Positions 1 through 10,280 of a stretch of 37,093 nt of DNA are shown here, in pieces. The translations under genes were made by a program, and so were the position numbers. The DNA is from Candidatus Methylomirabilota bacterium. GTDB taxonomy: Bacteria > Methylomirabilota > Methylomirabilia > Rokubacteriales > CSP1-6. The stretch lies in assembly GCA_046726415.1 (NCBI GenBank), contig JBKPAK010000080.1:1-37093 (forward strand). Reading direction: 5' to 3'. The first letter of the stretch is position 1. The number at the start of each line of letters is the position of its first letter. The notes beneath the pieces were generated by a model, which was given only the letters and a program-made list of their open reading frames with translations, made no database searches and was not told where the DNA came from.

Positions 1-202
1 CCACCGCTCCGGCGATGGCGCCGGCCGGGGGACCTTCATCGGCCAACGGATCGGGAGCGGAACCCACCGCGGTCGGTGGCGGTATCGGCGGCGACTGCTC
101 GACAGCCGTCGGCGGCGACTGCGCGACAGCTGACGGCGCGAGTAGCCCGACCATCAGAGCCACGGCCACGCCCAAGGCGACCACTCTCGTCGCAACGTCC
201 AT
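1..202 (-). CDS. Secreted/membrane protein, N-terminal part (runs off the window)
   Basis: Own translation from ATG at 202: MDVATRVVALGVAVALMVGLLAPSAVAQSPPTAVEQSPP... Signal-peptide-like h-region with AVA|Q, then a Pro-rich linker; no stop before position 1. Confidence 0.6.
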   Translation of the reverse strand, partial: MDVATRVVALGVAVALMVGLLAPSAVAQSPPTAVEQSPPIPPPTAVGSAPDPLADEGPPAGAIAGAV

Positions 203-209
203 GCGAAGC

Positions 210-215
210 TATAAT
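210..215 (+). promoter_or_regulatory. sigma70-type -10 box (TATAAT) for the FAH gene
   Basis: Perfect TATAAT 30 bp upstream of ATG 246; SD GGAGG at 236-240. Confidence 0.5.
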
Positions 216-245
216 AACAGACCACCACCTTCGTTGGAGGCCCCC

Positions 246-1148
246 ATGAAGCTCGTCCGCTTCTCCCAGAATGGCGTGGGTCCGCGCCTCGGCGCGCTCG
301 ACGGCGATCAGGTTCTCGATCTGCAGGCGAGCCTGGCCGCCACGCTGACCCGCCGGGGGGTGCTTCGCGCCCAGGAGATCGCCGCCGCCCTCGTCCCCTC
401 GAGCACGCGCGCCTTTCTGGAGGGCGGGGTGGCGTCGCAGGACGCGGTGGCCTCGACTGCCGAGCGGGTGACCTTTCCGGTGTCCTCCGTGCGGCTGCAC
501 GCGCCCATCGCCGACCCCGGGAAGTTCATCTGCATCGGACTCAACTACCGCGACCACGCGGAGGAGACCAACAATCCTATTCCCAAGGAGCCCCCGATCT
601 TCCCAAAATGGAACACGGCCATCCTCGATCCCGGCGACCCGATCCTGCGACCGCGGGGCTCCACCCAGCTGGACTGGGAGGTCGAGCTGGGAGTGATCAT
701 CGGCCGCACCGCCCGCTATGTCAGCAAGGAGGCGGCGCTCGACTACGTGTGGGGCTACACCATCATCAACGACGTCAGCGCGCGCGACTTCCAGTTCCTC
801 ACCACGCAGTGGGCCGCGGGCAAGATCGCGGACACCTTCGCTCCCGTGGGTCCGTTCATTGCCGACCGCCGGGAGATTCCCGATCCCCACGTCCTCGATC
901 TCAAGACGTTCGTCAACGACAAGCAGATGCAGCGAGGTAACACGCGGACGTTCATCTTCAACGTCAACTATCTGGTGAGTTATCTCTCCGGGCTCATGAC
1001 GCTCGCCCCCGGCGACCTGATCGCCACCGGGACTCCGCCGGGCGTGGGCGTGGCCATGAAACCGCCGGTCTTCATGCACCCCGGCGATGTGGTGCGGGTG
1101 GAGATCACGGGCCTGGGATCGATCGAGAACCCCATCAAGGACGCCTGA
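246..1148 (+). CDS. Fumarylacetoacetate hydrolase family protein
   Basis: Motifs KFICIGLNYRDH, LDWEVELGVIIG, NDVSARD, GDLIATGTPPGVG; start reset to ATG 246 behind GGAGG. Confidence 0.93.
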   Translation: MKLVRFSQNGVGPRLGALDGDQVLDLQASLAATLTRRGVLRAQEIAAALVPSSTRAFLEGGVASQDAVASTAERVTFPVSSVRLHAPIADPGKFICIGLNYRDHAEETNNPIPKEPPIFPKWNTAILDPGDPILRPRGSTQLDWEVELGVIIGRTARYVSKEAALDYVWGYTIINDVSARDFQFLTTQWAAGKIADTFAPVGPFIADRREIPDPHVLDLKTFVNDKQMQRGNTRTFIFNVNYLVSYLSGLMTLAPGDLIATGTPPGVGVAMKPPVFMHPGDVVRVEITGLGSIENPIKDA

Positions 1149-1152
1149 GGGC

Positions 1153-2352
1153 GTGCTCGATCTGATCGCGCCGCTCGTCGTCGCCGCCGACACCAGGATC
1201 GTCCTCCTCTCTCTCGATGGGCTCGGGGGACTGCCGCGACCGGACACGGGGCGCTCGGAACTCGAGACGGCGCGCCTGCCACACCTGTCGCGGTTGGCGT
1301 CGACATCGGCCTGTGGCTTGATCCGACACGTCGCGCCGGGGATCACGCCGGGCAGTGGTCCCGGTCACCTCGGGCTGTTCGGCTACGATGCGCTGCGATA
1401 CCAGGTGGGCCGGGGGGTCCTCGAAGCGCTCGGCATTGAATTCGACCTCCGCCCCGGCGACGTGGCGGCTCGCGGGAATTTCTGCACCGTGGACGCCGAG
1501 GGTCGCATCACCGACCGCCGGGCGGGCCGTATCAGCACCGAGCTCTGCATCCAGCTCACCGAGCGCCTGCGGGCCATTCGATTGCTCGGGGTGGAGGTCA
1601 TGGTCGAGCCGGTGAAGGAGCACCGCTTTGTGCTCGTCCTGCGCGGCGAGAACTTGGGGGGGAGTCTCTCCGAAACCGACCCCCAGGCTCTCGGCAAGCC
1701 CCCGCTCCCGGTGCGGGCCCTCGACGCGGGCTCGGCGCGCACGGCCGATCTCGTGAACCAGTTCGTGGCCGAGGCCCGGCGCCTGCTGCGCGACGCCGGG
1801 CCCGCCAACATGATCCTGTTGCGGGGCTTCGACTTACTCCCCGACCTTCCGCGATTCCCGACCGTATTCGGTCTGCGCGCAGCGGCCATCGCCGCCTACC
1901 CGATGTATCGCGGGCTGGCCAAGCTCGTGGGAATGGACGTTCTCGAGACGGGCTCGACATTTAAGGATGAGATGGCCACCCTGCGCGAGCAGTGGGGGAG
2001 CTTTGACTTCTTCTTCGTCCACTACAAGGACACCGACAAGGCGGGAGAGGACGGCGACTTCGACGCCAAGGTCGCGGCGCTGGAGCGCTTCGATGCGTTC
2101 GTGCCGGAGATCGAGGCGCTGCGTCCCGATGTGCTGGTGGTGACGGGGGACCATGCGACTCCCTCCGTCCTGGCCGCCCACGGCTGGCAACCCGTCCCCG
2201 TCCTCGTGCATGGCCGGTACAGCGGTGCCGACGGCCTCGACGCCTTCTCGGAGCGCGCGTGTCGCACCGGGAGCCTAGGGTTGATTCCCGCATTCCATCT
2301 GATGCCCCTGGTCATGGCCAACGCCCTCAGGCTCACCAAGTTCGGGGCGTGA
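1153..2352 (+). CDS. apgM: 2,3-bisphosphoglycerate-independent phosphoglycerate mutase (archaeal type)
   Basis: LDGLGG, TPGSGPGHLGLFGYD, ITDRRAGRI, HYKDTDKAGEDG and TGDHATP motifs; GTG start at 1153. Confidence 0.9.
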   Translation: MLDLIAPLVVAADTRIVLLSLDGLGGLPRPDTGRSELETARLPHLSRLASTSACGLIRHVAPGITPGSGPGHLGLFGYDALRYQVGRGVLEALGIEFDLRPGDVAARGNFCTVDAEGRITDRRAGRISTELCIQLTERLRAIRLLGVEVMVEPVKEHRFVLVLRGENLGGSLSETDPQALGKPPLPVRALDAGSARTADLVNQFVAEARRLLRDAGPANMILLRGFDLLPDLPRFPTVFGLRAAAIAAYPMYRGLAKLVGMDVLETGSTFKDEMATLREQWGSFDFFFVHYKDTDKAGEDGDFDAKVAALERFDAFVPEIEALRPDVLVVTGDHATPSVLAAHGWQPVPVLVHGRYSGADGLDAFSERACRTGSLGLIPAFHLMPLVMANALRLTKFGA

Positions 2353-2386
2353 GGAATCTCGCCATGCCTCCGGCCCCGCGCGGCGC

Positions 2387-2701
2387 ATGACCTTCGGATA
2401 TCTCATCGTTGCCCTCTGCGCGGCGGCCGTGACGATCTTCGCTATCCAGAACAGCGCGCCGACCGCCGTCGAGTTCCTGCTGTGGAAGCGGGAGGGCGTG
2501 CCCGTCTCCGCGCTGATCCTGCTGTCGCTGGGCGCGGGCCTCATCTTGGCGGGCATTCCGCTGGGAATTCAGCGCTGGCGGCTCCGCTCCCGTGTACGCG
2601 CGCTCGAGGCGCGTGTGCGGATGCTCGAATCGGCGATGGAGGAGCGCACCCGCGCGCTGCTGAGCCAGCCGCCACCGCGACCGCCAGCGTCCGAGACATA
2701 G
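2387..2701 (+). CDS. LapA (DUF1049) family membrane protein
   Basis: Two TM helices with FAIQN motif, followed by a coiled coil. Confidence 0.8.
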   Translation: MTFGYLIVALCAAAVTIFAIQNSAPTAVEFLLWKREGVPVSALILLSLGAGLILAGIPLGIQRWRLRSRVRALEARVRMLESAMEERTRALLSQPPPRPPASET

Positions 2702-2843
2702 GTGAGCCGGCTTCGAGCGGCGGCATCGCGACCGTCCCGCCGTGGCCAGAACGCGCTTGGCAAGCGCGGAGGCGGCCGAGTACAATGACCGAGCAGTCGC
2801 CCCCTGAGGCCGGCCTCAACTTCAAGCCACCGGAGGATGTCAC

Positions 2844-3473
2844 GTGGACGTAGCGTTGGAGAAGAGGCAGGTCCAGCGCGCCTACGAGCTGTACGCGCCT
2901 GTGTACGACCTCCTCTTCGACTGGATCTTTGCGCCCGGGCGCGCCGCCGCCATCAAGCACCTCGGCATCCAGTCGAGGGACTCGGTCCTCGAGGTCGGAA
3001 TCGGAACCGGGCTCAACCTACCGCTCTATCCCGCGGCCTGTCATCTCACGGGCATCGACCTCTCGCAGGAGATGCTCGACAAGGCTGTGGAGCGCGTACA
3101 GACGCTCGCCATGCCCAACATCCGCCTCAAAGTCATGGATGCCACATCTATGGACTTCGGCGACGACGAATTCGACAAGGCCCTGGCCACTTATACCATC
3201 TCGGCGGTGCCCGATCCGGTAGCCGCGCTGCGCGAGATGAAGCGCGCGGTGAAGCCCAACGGCGTCATCGTCATTCTCAACCACTTCCGCAGCCAGAATC
3301 CCGTGGTGGGCTGGGCGGAGGATCGGGTCGCCCCGCTCTGCACGTGGCTCGGATGGAAGTCCAACTTAGCCCTGAAGCCACTCCTGGAGCAGGTCGGCCT
3401 GGTGCCCGAGATCGTCGTGAAGGTGAACATGTTCGACGGCTGGCGCCTGGTCAAGTGCACTAATCGGAAGTAG
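2844..3473 (+). CDS. Class I SAM-dependent methyltransferase, PmtA-like phospholipid N-methyltransferase
   Basis: AYELYAPVYD, VLEVGIGTG, GIDLS, VPDP and ILNHF motifs; SD GGAGG at 2832-2836. Confidence 0.85.
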   Translation: MDVALEKRQVQRAYELYAPVYDLLFDWIFAPGRAAAIKHLGIQSRDSVLEVGIGTGLNLPLYPAACHLTGIDLSQEMLDKAVERVQTLAMPNIRLKVMDATSMDFGDDEFDKALATYTISAVPDPVAALREMKRAVKPNGVIVILNHFRSQNPVVGWAEDRVAPLCTWLGWKSNLALKPLLEQVGLVPEIVVKVNMFDGWRLVKCTNRK

Positions 3474-3561
3474 GTTCGTCAGCGCCCGCCTCGCCGCCGG
3501 CCTCGTTCTCCTCTTCGTCGCCGTCGTCCTCGCCGGCCCCGTCCTGGCGGCGGCCGCACGC

Positions 3562-4458
3562 ATGGCCGTGGCCACCGCGTTCCTGGTGGAGTTCCTCTCC
3601 GACGGACGCTATCCCCTGCTGTCCCGCCTGACCGAGGCTCCCACGCGGCGCCGCATCGCCGTGCGGGGCACCGATCTCGAGCTCCTCACGGGCACACGCG
3701 CGCGCGCGTCGCTCGTACTCGTGCACGGATTCGCTCCGGACGGCAATCAAGACCGGCGTCTTCAGGCGGCCGCTCGTCTCCTGGCCCGGGCGGGATTCGC
3801 CGTGATCGTGCCCACCATCCCCGGACTGACGCGAGGTCGGCTTCGCCCTGCCGACGCCGAGTCCGTCGTGACAGCCCTCGCCCTCCGTCCGGGACCGACC
3901 ACGCTGGTGGCCGTAAGCGTGGGAGCCGGACCCGCGCTGCTCGCCGCCACCGACCCGCGAGTCCGCGATCGCGTCGGCACGTGTGTGGTCCTGGGGGGGT
4001 ATGCCTCGGCGCGGGAACTGGTGCGCTATTTCCTCACCGGCGAGTATGCGTTCGGCGAGCTTCGCGGACATACGCGGCACGATCCCGACCTGGTCCGCGC
4101 GTTCATCGCCGCCAACGCCGATCTGGTCGAGGCGTCCCTGCGTCAGGCCCTCGAGACCGGCGACCGCACGGCCGTCGAGACCGCGGTGAACGCGCTCGCG
4201 CCGCTGCTGGACATCGTCTCACCGGAGAACGTGGTCGCCCGAATTCCCGGGCGCCTCGTCCTCCTCCACGGGCGCGGCGACGCGGCCGTACCGTACACGG
4301 AGACGCTCCGGCTGGCCGCGGCGCGTCCGCACGACACGACGGTGGTGCTGGTGGGCGTCATCGGCCACGTCGCGGGCGAGGGCGGCCGAACCCTCCAGGC
4401 GATACGCGACCTCGCGGTGCTGTGGGGTGTGACCTACGCGGTGATCGCGGATCGCTGA
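3562..4458 (+). CDS. Alpha/beta hydrolase fold protein
   Basis: LVLVHG, AVSVGAG nucleophile elbow, LLHGRGD..VP and a C-terminal His; the true start may lie upstream. Confidence 0.7.
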   Translation: MAVATAFLVEFLSDGRYPLLSRLTEAPTRRRIAVRGTDLELLTGTRARASLVLVHGFAPDGNQDRRLQAAARLLARAGFAVIVPTIPGLTRGRLRPADAESVVTALALRPGPTTLVAVSVGAGPALLAATDPRVRDRVGTCVVLGGYASARELVRYFLTGEYAFGELRGHTRHDPDLVRAFIAANADLVEASLRQALETGDRTAVETAVNALAPLLDIVSPENVVARIPGRLVLLHGRGDAAVPYTETLRLAAARPHDTTVVLVGVIGHVAGEGGRTLQAIRDLAVLWGVTYAVIADR

Positions 4459-4480
4459 GAACGCCGTCTCGCCGCGGCGA

Positions 4481-5923
4481 TCAGCCGGAGGCAGCGCGCC
4501 CATCACTTCCGGGCCGCTGCACGCCCCACCCGGACAGCTTGGCCAGCACCGTGTTGCGGTGCACGCCTAAGGTGCGGGCCGCGCGGCTCACGTTCCACCC
4601 CACCTGCTCAAGCACGCGCAGCACGTACTGCCGCTCGAACTGGTCGCGCGCCGCCCCGAGCGGGAGCCCGGTGTCCTCGGCCAGCCGCGCGCCGGTCTCC
4701 GGCATGGCCACGTCGAGGGGAAAGTCCTGGAGCTGCAGAACCGGCTTGCGGGCCAGGACCACGGCGCGGTGAATGACATTTTCCAGCTCGCGAACGTTGC
4801 CGGGCCAGTCGTAGCGAATCAGCGTGTCGAGGGCGCCCGCGGAGATACCCCGCACATCGCGGTGACATTCGCGGCTGATTTTCGCGATGAAGTGCTCGAC
4901 CAGGAGCACAATGTCCTCTCGCCGCTCGCGGAGCGGCGGCACGTGGATGGGAATCACGTTGAGCCGGTAGTACAGATCCTCGCGAAAGGTGCGGAGCCGC
5001 ACGGCCTGACGCAGGTTGACGTTGGTCGCGGCCAGCAGCCGCACGTCGACCGGCGTCGGCCGCACGCCGCCCACGCGCTCGATCTCGCGCTCCTGGAGCG
5101 CGCGCAGCAGCTTGGCCTGGAGGTCGAGCCGGAGGGAGCCGATTTCGTCGAGGAAGACCGTTCCCCCTTGGGCCAGCTCGAACTTGCCGAGCTTGCGGGC
5201 CACCGCGCCGGTGAAGGCGCCTTTCTCATGGCCGAACAGCTCCGATTCGATCAGGGTGTCGGGAATGGCCGCGACGTTGACGGCCACGAAGGGCTGGGTG
5301 CGGCGTGGGCTCTGGTGATGGATGGCCCGCGCCACCAGTTCCTTGCCCGTCCCGCTCTCCCCGGTGATGAGCACGGTGGTGAGCGTCTCCGCGAGCTGGG
5401 CCACCAGCTGGTAGATGCGGATCATCTCGCGATGACGTCCGATCATGGGCCGGGACGCGCTGCCCTCGTGCCCGGGCAGGGTCAGCTCCGAGCGCAAGCA
5501 GAGCACCTCGCGCTCGAGAGCTCGCTTCTCGAGGGCCCGGCGCACCAGCAGGACGATGTCGTCGACGTCGAAGGGCTTGGTGAGGTAGTCATACGCGCCG
5601 CGCCTGAGCGCTTCCACCGCCGTGCGAACCTCGTGAACCGCGGTGACCAGCACCACCACGATGGTGTCGTCGAGGGCCTTGATGCGCTGGAGCACATCGA
5701 GCCCGGCCTCGCCCGGCATGCGCTGATCCAGGAGCACGAGGTCGACCTCATGGCCGCGGAGCCGCTCGAACGCCTCGGCACCGTCCTCGGCCTCGAGAAT
5801 GTGACAGGTTCCCTCGAGAATCGCGCGCACCGACGCGCGCACACTGGGCTCGTCGTCGACCACCAGCACGGTGCCGTGGGGGGTCAGGGCGCGCGCTTCC
5901 TCGATGACGGAGGGCTTGGTCAT
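4481..5923 (-). CDS. sigma54-dependent NtrC-family response regulator (REC-AAA+-HTH)
   Basis: Receiver VLVVDDE, GESGTGKE, GAFTGA, WPGNVREL and a Fis-type HTH. Confidence 0.95.
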   Translation of the reverse strand: MTKPSVIEEARALTPHGTVLVVDDEPSVRASVRAILEGTCHILEAEDGAEAFERLRGHEVDLVLLDQRMPGEAGLDVLQRIKALDDTIVVVLVTAVHEVRTAVEALRRGAYDYLTKPFDVDDIVLLVRRALEKRALEREVLCLRSELTLPGHEGSASRPMIGRHREMIRIYQLVAQLAETLTTVLITGESGTGKELVARAIHHQSPRRTQPFVAVNVAAIPDTLIESELFGHEKGAFTGAVARKLGKFELAQGGTVFLDEIGSLRLDLQAKLLRALQEREIERVGGVRPTPVDVRLLAATNVNLRQAVRLRTFREDLYYRLNVIPIHVPPLRERREDIVLLVEHFIAKISRECHRDVRGISAGALDTLIRYDWPGNVRELENVIHRAVVLARKPVLQLQDFPLDVAMPETGARLAEDTGLPLGAARDQFERQYVLRVLEQVGWNVSRAARTLGVHRNTVLAKLSGWGVQRPGSDGRAASG

Positions 5924-6028
5924 GGCGTGGCAGCGTCCTCGATGAGGGGGTGATCGGTCAAGATGAATTCAATTTGATACGCTGAGGCCGACCGCCGCAC
6001 GCGCGGCCATGCCCGCTGGCCAGGGATT

Positions 6029-7420
6029 CTAGCGTGGCCCGCGCGCCTCCGCCAGAGGGAACAGAGAGAGCTGGAGAATGCGGCGCGTGAGGGCGGTGAC
6101 CGGAGCCACGGATCCGCGCCGAACGCCGCCCACCCACGCGATCTCGGGGCCAGCTTGGACGATGGGCACTCGTTGCCGTTCCCAGCGGGGCCGTCCGGCC
6201 TCGAGCAGGAGCCTCTTGACTCGACGCTCGCCCGAAGTCCCGAAGGGGGTGAGGCGATCGCCGGGACGCCGGGCGCGGACGATGAGCGGGCCCGGGAGGG
6301 CCTCGACGTCGAACGCGACGCGCCACGGATCACGTGGAATCTCATACCCCGAGCGCGGAAGGAGCGCGCTTTCCAGCATGAGATCGGCCTCCGGCAAGGC
6401 CATGCAACCCGGCACGGGAATGTCGCGGGCGGTGAGCGACGCGGGCGGGTGGCTCGCCAGACGGAGACGACCGACGCTGACGTCGACCGTTACGCGACCG
6501 AGGGCAAAGGCACGCCGCGGTGGCGGGTGAGCCAGCGCGCGCCGCAGGCCGCGATGAGCCCATGCGCGGAGTGGAGCACGGCTCCCCAGGATTGCGGCCG
6601 CTTGGCGTAGAACCTCAGCGGCCACCTCCCCAGGTAGCGCCTGCAGCTCTCCGAGGGGGAGAATCAATTCGCCGGGAGCCGCAGTGGCCAGCCGCTCCAG
6701 CTCTTGCGCCGCCACGCGCTCCACCGCGTCGACGGTCGTGCCGGCCAGCGTCGCCACCCGAACAAGCGCCGGGACGATCTCGGCGTTGTAGAACTCGGCC
6801 AGCAGGGGGAGGAGCTCGTGCCGGATCCGATTGCGCACGAAGCGTCGGTCCTCGTTCCACGGGTCTTCGAGCCACTCGACGCCCATCCCGCTCAGCAGTG
6901 CGCGGAGGGCAGTGCGGCGTTCGGCGAGGAGCGGTCGGATGATGGGACCGCGCCGGGCGGGGATCCCGGCCAGGCCGCGCACACCCGTTCCCTCGAGGAT
7001 CCGCATGAGCACCGTCTCGGCCTGATCGTCGCTCGTGTGACCGAGCGCGATGCGCTGAGCGCCAATGCGGTCCGCATAGTCCTCGAGAGCACGGTACCGG
7101 GCCGCACGGGCGGCGGCCTCGCGCGAGCCTCCGGCCACAACGCTGACCGTGGCAGTCTCGGCGGGGACATCGAGTCGCGCGGCCAATCGGCAGACGAACT
7201 CTCCGTCGCGGCCAGAGTCGGATCGGAGCTGATGATCAACGTACAGCGCATGCAGGGTGAGCCGCCAGGCTGGGGCGAGACGGTGGAGCAGGTAGAGGAG
7301 GGCCACGGAGTCAGACCCCCCGGAGACGGCCGCCAGGACAGTTTCGCCACCCCGGAGCATCGCGTGGCGGCGAATGGTGCTCTCAACGGAGACGAGGATG
7401 TCGTCCGCCGTCGTGTTCAA
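6029..7420 (-). CDS. tilS: tRNA(Ile)-lysidine synthetase
   Basis: PP-loop SGGSDS, GHTSDDQAET, IRPLL, RNRIRH and C-terminal TilS domains; TTG start uncertain. Confidence 0.93.
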   Translation of the reverse strand: MNTTADDILVSVESTIRRHAMLRGGETVLAAVSGGSDSVALLYLLHRLAPAWRLTLHALYVDHQLRSDSGRDGEFVCRLAARLDVPAETATVSVVAGGSREAAARAARYRALEDYADRIGAQRIALGHTSDDQAETVLMRILEGTGVRGLAGIPARRGPIIRPLLAERRTALRALLSGMGVEWLEDPWNEDRRFVRNRIRHELLPLLAEFYNAEIVPALVRVATLAGTTVDAVERVAAQELERLATAAPGELILPLGELQALPGEVAAEVLRQAAAILGSRAPLRAWAHRGLRRALAHPPPRRAFALGRVTVDVSVGRLRLASHPPASLTARDIPVPGCMALPEADLMLESALLPRSGYEIPRDPWRVAFDVEALPGPLIVRARRPGDRLTPFGTSGERRVKRLLLEAGRPRWERQRVPIVQAGPEIAWVGGVRRGSVAPVTALTRRILQLSLFPLAEARGPR

Positions 7421-7543
7421 TTAAACGGGGGACGCCCCTCGTTGTCGCGCCAATTCGTGGAGGCCGACATCGCGTCGCATGCCCTCGCAACCTCGCAGCG
7501 CGCCCAGGCAAAGCCGCGCAGCTCCCGGATCTCCGACCTGGTC

Positions 7544-8212
7544 CTAGCCGCCTTGTAGGCCCACCCACACCTCGCCGTCACCGAAGTGCTCCTTCTTCCA
7601 AACTGGCACCGTCGTCTTGAGCGTGTCGATGGCGTACTGGCACGCTGCGAACGCCTCACCGCGGTGCGCGGCCGAGACCGCGATCAGGACGCTCGATTCT
7701 CCGATGTCCAGCCGTCCGAGCCGGTGGAACATCGCGACGCGCTTCACACCAGGCCATCGCGCCCGGATGGCGCCACCGATCTCGCGCATTTTGGCCTCGG
7801 CCATGGGGACATGCGCCTCGTACTCCAGGAACTTCACGCCGCGCCCCCCCGTCTCGTTGCGGACCACGCCGGAAAAGATGACAATGCCGCCCGCCCCGGG
7901 ATGGTCGACGGCAGCCGCGATGGCGTCGGGCACCAGCGGCTGCCTCACCACGCGATACGTGTCGTCACTCCCTCCGCTCACCGGGGGGAAGAGGCAGAGT
8001 TCATCTCCCGAGGCGAGACGGTGGTCGGAAGCGACATAGTCATGCCCGACCGCGAAAAGGGTGAAGGGGCGGTATTGTGACAGCTCGGGATGGCGGCTGA
8101 CGACTACCTCCCACGCCGCCTCGACCGTTCCGCCCTCGGGGAGCTCAACTTCGATCCGCTCGCGCCCGGCGGCCTCACGATAGCGGGCGAAGAGCCGGAC
8201 GTCGACGCGCAC
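7544..8212 (-). CDS. Molybdopterin synthase MoaD-MoaE fusion (MoaX-like)
   Basis: N-terminal ubiquitin-like domain ending PPVSGG, followed by MoaE motifs LEYEAH, HRLG and VPVWKKE. Confidence 0.92.
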   Translation of the reverse strand: MRVDVRLFARYREAAGRERIEVELPEGGTVEAAWEVVVSRHPELSQYRPFTLFAVGHDYVASDHRLASGDELCLFPPVSGGSDDTYRVVRQPLVPDAIAAAVDHPGAGGIVIFSGVVRNETGGRGVKFLEYEAHVPMAEAKMREIGGAIRARWPGVKRVAMFHRLGRLDIGESSVLIAVSAAHRGEAFAACQYAIDTLKTTVPVWKKEHFGDGEVWVGLQGG

Positions 8213-8221
8213 GGCGGCGCG

Positions 8222-8548
8222 CTAGAAGCGGTGGGACTGGCCGCAGCCGCAGCTCGATTTCACGTTCGGGTTCTTGACCGCGAAGCCGGCGCCCAGCATG
8301 TTGTTGTCGACGTAGTCGATCTCGCTCCCTGAGAGATAGGGTGCGCTGAACTGGTCCACGTACACCTTGACTCCGCTCTGCTCAACGACACTATCGCCGG
8401 CAGTCTCGGTGTCCTCCCAACCCAACTCATACGACATGCCAGAGCACCCGCCCCCAACCACCCGGATACGCAGGCCCCACTCTGGCTTTCCTTCCTCCAG
8501 CCGAAGGTCCGAAACCTTCTTGGCGGCCATCTCGGTCAGCGTGATCAT
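8222..8548 (-). CDS. A-type Fe-S cluster carrier (IscA/ErpA/HesB family)
   Basis: GGGCSG and SCGCGQS motifs. Confidence 0.93.
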   Translation of the reverse strand: MITLTEMAAKKVSDLRLEEGKPEWGLRIRVVGGGCSGMSYELGWEDTETAGDSVVEQSGVKVYVDQFSAPYLSGSEIDYVDNNMLGAGFAVKNPNVKSSCGCGQSHRF

Positions 8549-8587
8549 CGCGCCTCTCCCTCCAATGCCGGAATCACAGAAAGCGTA

Positions 8588-9313
8588 TCACAGGATGCCT
8601 CCCGCCGGCATCAGCGTGAGGTCTTCCAGTGACGCGTGCCGAGGCAAGGCCGCCATGAGCACAACAGCCCGGGCCACATCCTCCGGTTTGAGCATCCGCC
8701 CGCGATCGGGTGCATCTGGGATGCTGTCCCAGAGGGGCGTGTCCACCGCGCCCGGGGCCAGCACCCCCACGCGAACGCCCTCTGCCCGCATCTCCTCCGC
8801 CAACACTCGGCTGAACGCCACCAGCCCCGCCTTGGTCGCGGCGTAGACGGCCGCTCCGGCAATCGGGCGACGGGCGGCGATCGACGCCAGGTTGACGATA
8901 GTGCCTCCCCGCTGCCGGACCATCACCGGCAGTACGGCGCGGCAGCACAGCATGGCTCCCCGCAGGTTCACCGCGAGCATGGGGTCCCAATCAGCCGGTT
9001 TGGTTCCGATCAGCGGCCCAAACGACGCGACTCCGGCCGCGGTCACCAAGAGATCGACGCGGCCCAGCGCGGCCGACGCCTGTTCCACGAGGGCATCGAC
9101 CGCCTCCGCGGAGGCCACATCGGTGGGAATCGCCAGCGCGCGGCCACCGCGCTCCCGAACTTCGGTCGCCACCGCGGTCAGTTCGAGGCGCGTGCGAGCG
9201 GCCAGGGCGACGGCCGCTCCCTCCGCGGCGAGGGCGAGAGCCACCGCGCGGCCGATCCCCCGTCCGGCACCGGTCACGATCGCGGCCTGCCCCTCGAGCT
9301 CCCGCGGCGTCAT
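8588..9313 (-). CDS. SDR-family NAD(P)-dependent oxidoreductase (candidate sepiapterin-reductase-type)
   Basis: TGAGRGIG and YAATK motifs; ATG 9313 overlaps the folE stop (ATGA). Confidence 0.88.
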   Translation of the reverse strand: MTPRELEGQAAIVTGAGRGIGRAVALALAAEGAAVALAARTRLELTAVATEVRERGGRALAIPTDVASAEAVDALVEQASAALGRVDLLVTAAGVASFGPLIGTKPADWDPMLAVNLRGAMLCCRAVLPVMVRQRGGTIVNLASIAARRPIAGAAVYAATKAGLVAFSRVLAEEMRAEGVRVGVLAPGAVDTPLWDSIPDAPDRGRMLKPEDVARAVVLMAALPRHASLEDLTLMPAGGIL

Positions 9314-9873
9314 ATCTGAAGCCCCCGGCTGGATTTGATCAGCTCCATGAATTCGGCCCGGGTCTCCGGTCGGTCGCGGAACACCCCGAGCATGGCCGAG
9401 GTCACGGCCTTGGAATTCTGCTTCTCCACCCCCCGCATGAGCATGCACAAGTGCACGGCCTCCATGACCACGGCCACCCCGCGCGGCTGCAGCACCTCGT
9501 TGAGGGTGGCCGCGATCTGCGTGGTGAGCCGTTCCTGGACTTGCAAGCGCCGGCTGAACATCTCCACGAGGCGTGGAATCTTCGACAGTCCCACGATCCT
9601 CTGCTCGGGCAGATACGCCACGTGGGCTTTGCCAAAGAAGGGCAAGAGATGATGCTCACACAACGAGAAGAAGTCGACGTCCTTGACCACCACCATCTCG
9701 TCGTACTGCTCGACGAACAGGGCGCCGTTCAGGATCTCCTCGACCTTCTGCGAATAGCCCGAGGTGAGATAGCGCAGCGCCTTCTCCACCCGGTCGGGGG
9801 TTCGCTCCAGGCCCTCTCGCCGGATGTCCTCGCCCAGTTGGCCCAAGAGCTCCTGGATCAGATCCGCGATCAT
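9310..9873 (-). CDS. folE: GTP cyclohydrolase I
   Basis: [33 protein letters not shown] and HLCMLMRG motifs. Confidence 0.97.
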   Translation of the reverse strand: MIADLIQELLGQLGEDIRREGLERTPDRVEKALRYLTSGYSQKVEEILNGALFVEQYDEMVVVKDVDFFSLCEHHLLPFFGKAHVAYLPEQRIVGLSKIPRLVEMFSRRLQVQERLTTQIAATLNEVLQPRGVAVVMEAVHLCMLMRGVEKQNSKAVTSAMLGVFRDRPETRAEFMELIKSSRGLQI

Positions 9874-10280
9874 CGCGTCTCGCCTCGATACTCGAACTGG
9901 TTCTTGGCCGTCTCGTGAACGGTCACGCCGGTGAGTGCGGGGAGCGCCGGCGCCAGCATCGCCCAGAACGCGCGGGCCAGGCTCTCCCCGGTCGTGATGA
10001 TCCCGGCCAGCGACGCCACGTGCTCAAGGGGCTGGTGGTCGACCGCGTCGAGAAGGATCCGTTGCACGGCGCGATCGACAGGGCCGAGGTCGAGGGCCAT
10101 GCCTGTCACCGGGTCGGGCGTCCCAGCCAGCGTCACCTCGACGTAGTAATTGTGACCATGCGGCCGAGCGCAGGGGCCGTAGAGCGCGGCGTTCTCCTCT
10201 GCGCTCAGGGCGGGGTGGTCCAGGCGGTGCGCAGCGCTGAAGTGATAGATGCGGGTGAGCTCCACCATCTCACCGCTCAT
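9870..10280 (-). CDS. 6-pyruvoyl-tetrahydropterin synthase family protein (Cys-containing)
   Basis: FSAAHRL...[24 protein letters not shown] and ET motifs; ATG 10280. Confidence 0.9.
   Translation of the reverse strand: MSGEMVELTRIYHFSAAHRLDHPALSAEENAALYGPCARPHGHNYYVEVTLAGTPDPVTGMALDLGPVDRAVQRILLDAVDHQPLEHVASLAGIITTGESLARAFWAMLAPALPALTGVTVHETAKNQFEYRGETR

Noticed and set aside
4769-5953. Long antisense ORFs (also 36..1346, 20060..21163, 21185..22402, 30304..31392, 32083..33573)
   Set aside because: They overlap well-supported genes on the opposite strand or in another frame, as expected in high-GC DNA.
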